This document shows positions 59,389-64,000 of a stretch of DNA of 64,000 nt, piece by piece. The notes under the pieces were generated by a model. It was given only the letters and a program-made list of their open reading frames with translations, was not told the DNA's origin and made no database searches. Position numbers and translations under genes: made by a program. The stretch comes from Pelagomonas calceolata (Eukaryota), in NCBI GenBank assembly GCA_918797485.1, contig CAKKNE010000001.1, positions 930,001 through 994,000 on the forward strand, in the 5' to 3' direction. How positions within the stretch are numbered: position 1 is the stretch's first letter; the number at the start of each line of letters is the position of its first letter.

Positions 59389-62300
59389 ATGAGCAATAGA
59401 CCACCCACTGACTTCTGCGTGGGCCTGGTGATCGGTCCCGCCGGCGGCGCGCGCAACACGTACCTGAAGGAAATGTTTGAGTACAAGTGGCGCCGGCCGC
59501 ACAACTGGGGCGCCGACGAGCCCGTCATTTCCGCGCTGGCGCGATTAGAACGGGGCGCGGCGGACGAGGAGGAGAAGGCGGTCCGGGCCACGCGGCGCCT
59601 CGCGGCCTGCGGTCTGAGCTCCGTACCGAGTTGGATGAGACCGTATGACTGCCTGTCCAACGGCGAGGCCGCCCGCGCGGACGTCGCCGCAGCAATCGCA
59701 ACACACGAGAGCAATAAAAATCGGTTCTGCGTGGTGAACGACTTCGCCTGCGTCGTGAATCGCGACGCCGCCATGAGCATGGCCTGCGCAATCGGCAAAT
59801 ATGCGCGACGGGAGCGCCTGACGGGACTCGTCCTGGCCACGGCGCATGAGGACTGCTGCGCGTATCTCCAGCCGGACTGGATACTGGATAGTGCGACGGG
59901 AGCAATGACGCGGCGGCCCGGCCCGGCGCGGAGCCCCGTGGTCACCTGGGAGTGCGACTGGAGCGGCTGCCCGATGAGCACGAACTGGAAGACGCCGCCG
60001 CCGGCCGAACGGCGCGGGACGCGCAACACCGACCTCGTGCGCGAGATCTCGAACACCTACGACGTCAGCCCCGAGGCCATCGAGAGGATCGTCCTCGGCG
60101 ACGGCGCGCTGCCCGACGCGGTCGCGACGAATGTGACGATGGGCCGCGTCGCAGAACTCGCGAGCCAGGCGTTTGACTTCGTGGCGTGCAGTGTCATCAG
60201 AGAGGTTGCCTTCAGCTACCGATGCGGTCGACACTCACCGCTCGATAACGACACAGGACTTCTATGGTGAATCGACGTTCGTGCCGCCCGACTTCCCGCG
60301 AAAGAGCCTCGCCCAGGACTGGGATATCGGAGTCGTCCATGGCCCGAGCGGCTCCGGCAAGACGACGGTGCTCCGGCAGCTGTTCGGCGGCGCCGAGGGT
60401 AAGGTCGCCACGGCCGCGCCGGATTGGAACACTACGCACGTCGTTTCAGCGGCGTTCAAGAAAAAGTTCGGCGCGGGCGACGCCTCCGCACGCCTCGACG
60501 CGTGCGCACTGTCGGCGGAGGAGCGCGCCATGCGGTTCTCGGAGCTCTCCGCGTGCGCCCGGGCGCGCGCTCAAGTCGCTTGGCTGTTGGCGGAAGACGC
60601 GGTGCTCGACGAGTTCACGTCTCTCGCGCCACGACCGCTGGCGTGGGACGTGGCGAGGGGAGTTTCAGGGTACGTGCGACAACACGCTTTGAAGCGCGTC
60701 GTCGTGGCCTCTGTTCACGAGGACGTCGTAGCGCACCTTCGGCCGAGCTGGCTGTTCCCGACCGCCGTCGCGACCTCGTGCTGGCACGACGATGGAAAGA
60801 AGCCCAAGCCGACGGGCGAAGTTCGCTACGGCTGCCTCGTGATGCTGAATAGCGATCGTATCGCGGCGGCCGCGCCGCCGCGCCGCAATCCCAACCTCTA
60901 CGAGCCGCCCCGGGTGACGCTCCAGATGCGACGGGCGCCGTACTATCACTACGCGCCGTTCGAGAAGCACCACTACCTCTGCGGCGGCGTCCAGGACGGG
61001 GCCTGGTGCTTCGAGGTGACTTTGCACGGGCGGCCCGTCGGCTTCCACGCGGTGCAGTCCGCGTTCGGCGAAGTTGGTGCCGGCGAGGGCACGACGGGTG
61101 CGAGCCGCGAACACCGCGTCGTAATCCTGCCGGACTTCCAGGGCATCGGGCTCGGCTGGCAGATGTCCGAAGTCGTGGCGGCGAGACATGCGGAGATGGG
61201 CCGACGCTTCATGAGCATCACCATGCACCACACGTTCGGCGGGGGGCGCGACCGATCGGAGCGGTGGCGTCCCAAGCCGAAAAATCACGCCGCGGACAAG
61301 TACGAGGCCTCGCACGACACGAGCCATCGTGCGCTACAGGCGGCTGGGACGTGGGCGCCGACGCCGCGCGATCGCCTCCGGCCCAGCTATCGTCATGAAT
61401 ATGTTGCAGAAGGCGCCGCGCGCGAGGCTTTCCTCCGGGCCCTGTCGACGAACATCCCGAAGCACAAGTGTAAAGGAGAAGGCTGCTCGCACTGCTGGAG
61501 CAACCGCGACATGGTGTGCCGCCGCATCAAGTGCCTGGACTCGAAGGGGAAAAAGCTGCCCAAAAAGGACCTGGAGGGCACGCCCTGGGGCACCCCGCCC
61601 GCGCGGCCGCTGGGCGTGGCGGCGCCGCCGACGGTCGACGTGTCCAAGCGCCGCGAATCACCGGCGCTGACGAAACGGCTCGAGAAGGTCGAGGTCGTCG
61701 GCGGGCGCGGGCCCAAGCGCCAGGCGGCCCAGCCGAAGGGGTCCACGAAGGCGAAGAAGGTCGCGGAAAAGGCGCGGGCGCGCGACACGGGAGGTCGCGA
61801 CTGGGCCTATGACAGGCGGAAGAAAGCCTGGATCGTGTGCGCGGCGGACGCGGCTGATTTCACCCTAGACCATGAGGCGGTCGGCGACGAGGTTCGCTGC
61901 GATGTTCATGGAGAAGCGTTGGACGGGGAGGTCCTGGGCGTCGCCGAGGGTCCGCCGTGGCGCTGCCGCATTAGATACGAGAGCGGTCTCCAGGAGGATC
62001 TAGACGAGAAGCAGTTTGGGATGGCGCGCAGGGCACACACCACGTGGCAGAACAAGCTCGCAAAAGGGGCCAAGCCGCCGCGCGCCGCGCCGAAGCGCAA
62101 GGCGCCCGCGAAGCCGGCCGCGAAGCGCCGCAAGCCGCGGTACGAGGACGACGACGACGAGGCTTTTACGGCGCCGGCGCCGGCGCGTACCGGTACCGGC
62201 GGGCGAAGGTCCGCGCGGGCCACGGCGACGAGGGGGAGCATGCGCGAGGCCTCCGACGACGAGGACTTCGAATTGGTCGATGTTGACGAACCCGCGCCCG

Positions 62301-62539
62301 CGCCCGCGCCGCCGCCGCCAAAACGGGCGCGGACAGCGCCCCAGCAAGAGTTCAAGAAGGGTGACCGAGTCGACGCCAAGTTCGGGTACCGGTGGTACCG
62401 GGCCACGGTCGACGAGGTGATCCGCGACGCCGCGGGAAAGATCACGAAGTACGAGATCCGCTGGCCGTCGAACGACGACTGCAACCGCATCGCGCGCGGG
62501 AACGTTCGCGCGCCCGTCGATGGGACCGAGGAGGGGTAA
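59389..62539 (+). CDS. Tandem ABC-like ATPase + Mom-like GNAT acetyltransferase + Tudor/Agenet-like domains; intron 60181-60256
   Basis: Degenerate ATPase 1 (GPAGGARNT, LSNGE, NDF); ATPase 2 (GPSGSGKTT, LDEFTS, HED); GNAT (HHYL, RVVILPDFQGIGLG); FKKGDRVDAKF..WYRATV..YEIRW. Confidence 0.8.
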
Positions 62540-62562
62540 GACGATTCTTAGGCACGCGTGGA

Positions 62563-64000
62563 TCACACCCTGACGAGGATGCAGGCGTCGAAGGGGACCC
62601 TAAAGTGTGCTTCGATGTTGTACGCGCGATCATCCTCGTCAAGGCCTTCAACTGTAAATTCCTCGCCGGCGAGTTCTTCCATGTCCTCGACCCAATCGAC
62701 GAATCTATCCGCCCCCGGTGCCCGCCGCTCGCAGAGCCTTCGGAACTCGTCGACATTGTCGATAATGCGTATCACGGATTGATTCGGAACGAGGTCTCCG
62801 CGCCACGCCGTCATGGGCGTACCAGCAGCAGCAACGACGCCGGAGGGACGGTCGACGGTGAGCAGCCGCACGACCTCGTTGCCTAAGCCCCGCTCACCGG
62901 CTCGCGCGACGAAGGACTTCACCTGTTCTCGAAGCTTAAACGCCTCTAGGAGCATGTCGCGGTCGGACGATGTCCCCTCCGCGCACTCGCACTCGGGAGA
63001 CGGCGCCGCCGCCGCGAGGTGCTCCTTCGCAGAATCGAGGCCGCCGGGCAGTTCCCCGACGAGCTTGAGGCGCGCCGACGCGAGGTGCCAGGCAGCGGCT
63101 GCGTTGCCGTCTACTAGGCCGTTCTCAATCGCGGAAGCGACTAGATTACGGCCGTCGGTATGGTCCGCCAGACGCGTGCCCATTCGTTGATTCGTGAGCG
63201 GCGACGACTTTTTCTGGCGCAGCCAACGCTCGATGTGTGCCCGCTCGTAGCACTTGCCGTCTTCCGCGATGACCGGCCGCACCACGAGGCTTTGAGAGAT
63301 TGGACAGGTCACCGATGCGAGGACGGCCTCCGCGAACGTGCCGTTCGTGCCGTTCGCCGCGCGGGGGCGCTTCTTGCCTCGCCGCTCGCCCCCCGTCTTA
63401 GCCTCGCGCCGCGGCGCGGGCGCGGGCGCCGGCGGCATCGGTGGCGCGGCAGGCATCGCAGGCACCGGCGGAAGAGCCACCCGCTGGGCGGCCTCGCGTG
63501 CCCATTGAGCAGCTCCACCGAGCCCGTTCTCGAGTCGCAGCTCCACCGTCCGCGCCACATTGAGCAGGTCGTCGTCGTTCCTGTCGCCCCGGGGGTAGAT
63601 ATTCATGTTCAGCGAGACGCGGAGGTCCTCGATCGGCCGCGTGTTGTGCGTCGCATCGACGAGCCTTACCTCGATGCACGTCGCGTCCGTCTCCTCGAGG
63701 CCCACAGCCACGTCGTTCCACGGTAGGAGGCTCAGGAGGTCGACCGTCGCGTTGGCCGGGTCCGAGCCCTTGACCCACCGCCGGACCTCGAGCTGGCAAA
63801 GGTTGAGGTCGTCGTTGGAAGTGTCCGTCGCGCTCGTCGTGAGGCACGCGGCGCAGGCGCAGCGGTGCGCGGTGTTCGCCAGGGAGTCGAAGGCCTCGGC
63901 CTCGTAGCGCACGATGCCGAAATCGCCGCTCCGCAGGTCGCGCGCGGCCTCGAGGAAGGCGTCGCGCGGCGCCGGGTCCCACCGGGAGAGCGGCAGCTCC
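62563..64000 (-). CDS. U-box domain protein (5' partial)
   Basis: CPISQSLVVRPVIAEDGKCYERAHIERWL..SPLTNQ; frame is open to the window edge. Confidence 0.85.
   Translation of the reverse strand, partial: ELPLSRWDPAPRDAFLEAARDLRSGDFGIVRYEAEAFDSLANTAHRCACAACLTTSATDTSNDDLNLCQLEVRRWVKGSDPANATVDLLSLLPWNDVAVGLEETDATCIEVRLVDATHNTRPIEDLRVSLNMNIYPRGDRNDDDLLNVARTVELRLENGLGGAAQWAREAAQRVALPPVPAMPAAPPMPPAPAPAPRREAKTGGERRGKKRPRAANGTNGTFAEAVLASVTCPISQSLVVRPVIAEDGKCYERAHIERWLRQKKSSPLTNQRMGTRLADHTDGRNLVASAIENGLVDGNAAAAWHLASARLKLVGELPGGLDSAKEHLAAAAPSPECECAEGTSSDRDMLLEAFKLREQVKSFVARAGERGLGNEVVRLLTVDRPSGVVAAAGTPMTAWRGDLVPNQSVIRIIDNVDEFRRLCERRAPGADRFVDWVEDMEELAGEEFTVEGLDEDDRAYNIEAHFRVPFDACILVRV

Noticed and set aside
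59389..60900. ABC transporter annotation
   Set aside because: No transmembrane domains; fused to GNAT and Tudor-like domains

Overview
GC-rich, gene-dense eukaryotic DNA, most likely from a pelagophyte alga (Pelagomonas/Aureococcus-like). That assignment is an inference from the gene content, short GT/GC-AG introns and introner elements. About 39 protein-coding genes or fragments are present, several split across ORFs by introns that I placed by hand. No rRNA, tRNA or CRISPR features were seen. Highlights: (1) four copies of an intron-generating DNA transposon (introner) with CTGTGTGGAAATCAA terminal inverted repeats and 8-bp target-site duplications, in both orientations and at different stages of decay; (2) a tandem ABC-like ATPase + Mom-like GNAT + Tudor/Agenet fusion, a candidate chromatin-targeted DNA base modifier, next to a Nei/Fpg glycosylase; (3) a recurrent ~25-bp CTAG...CTAG element upstream of many genes; (4) a CpG-rich ACGCCATCGACGCG motif shared by introners, ordinary introns and intergenic DNA; (5) unusual architectures: NEK-IFT57, secreted JmjC-cupredoxin, and a degenerate GT32 with Asp/Tyr repeats.
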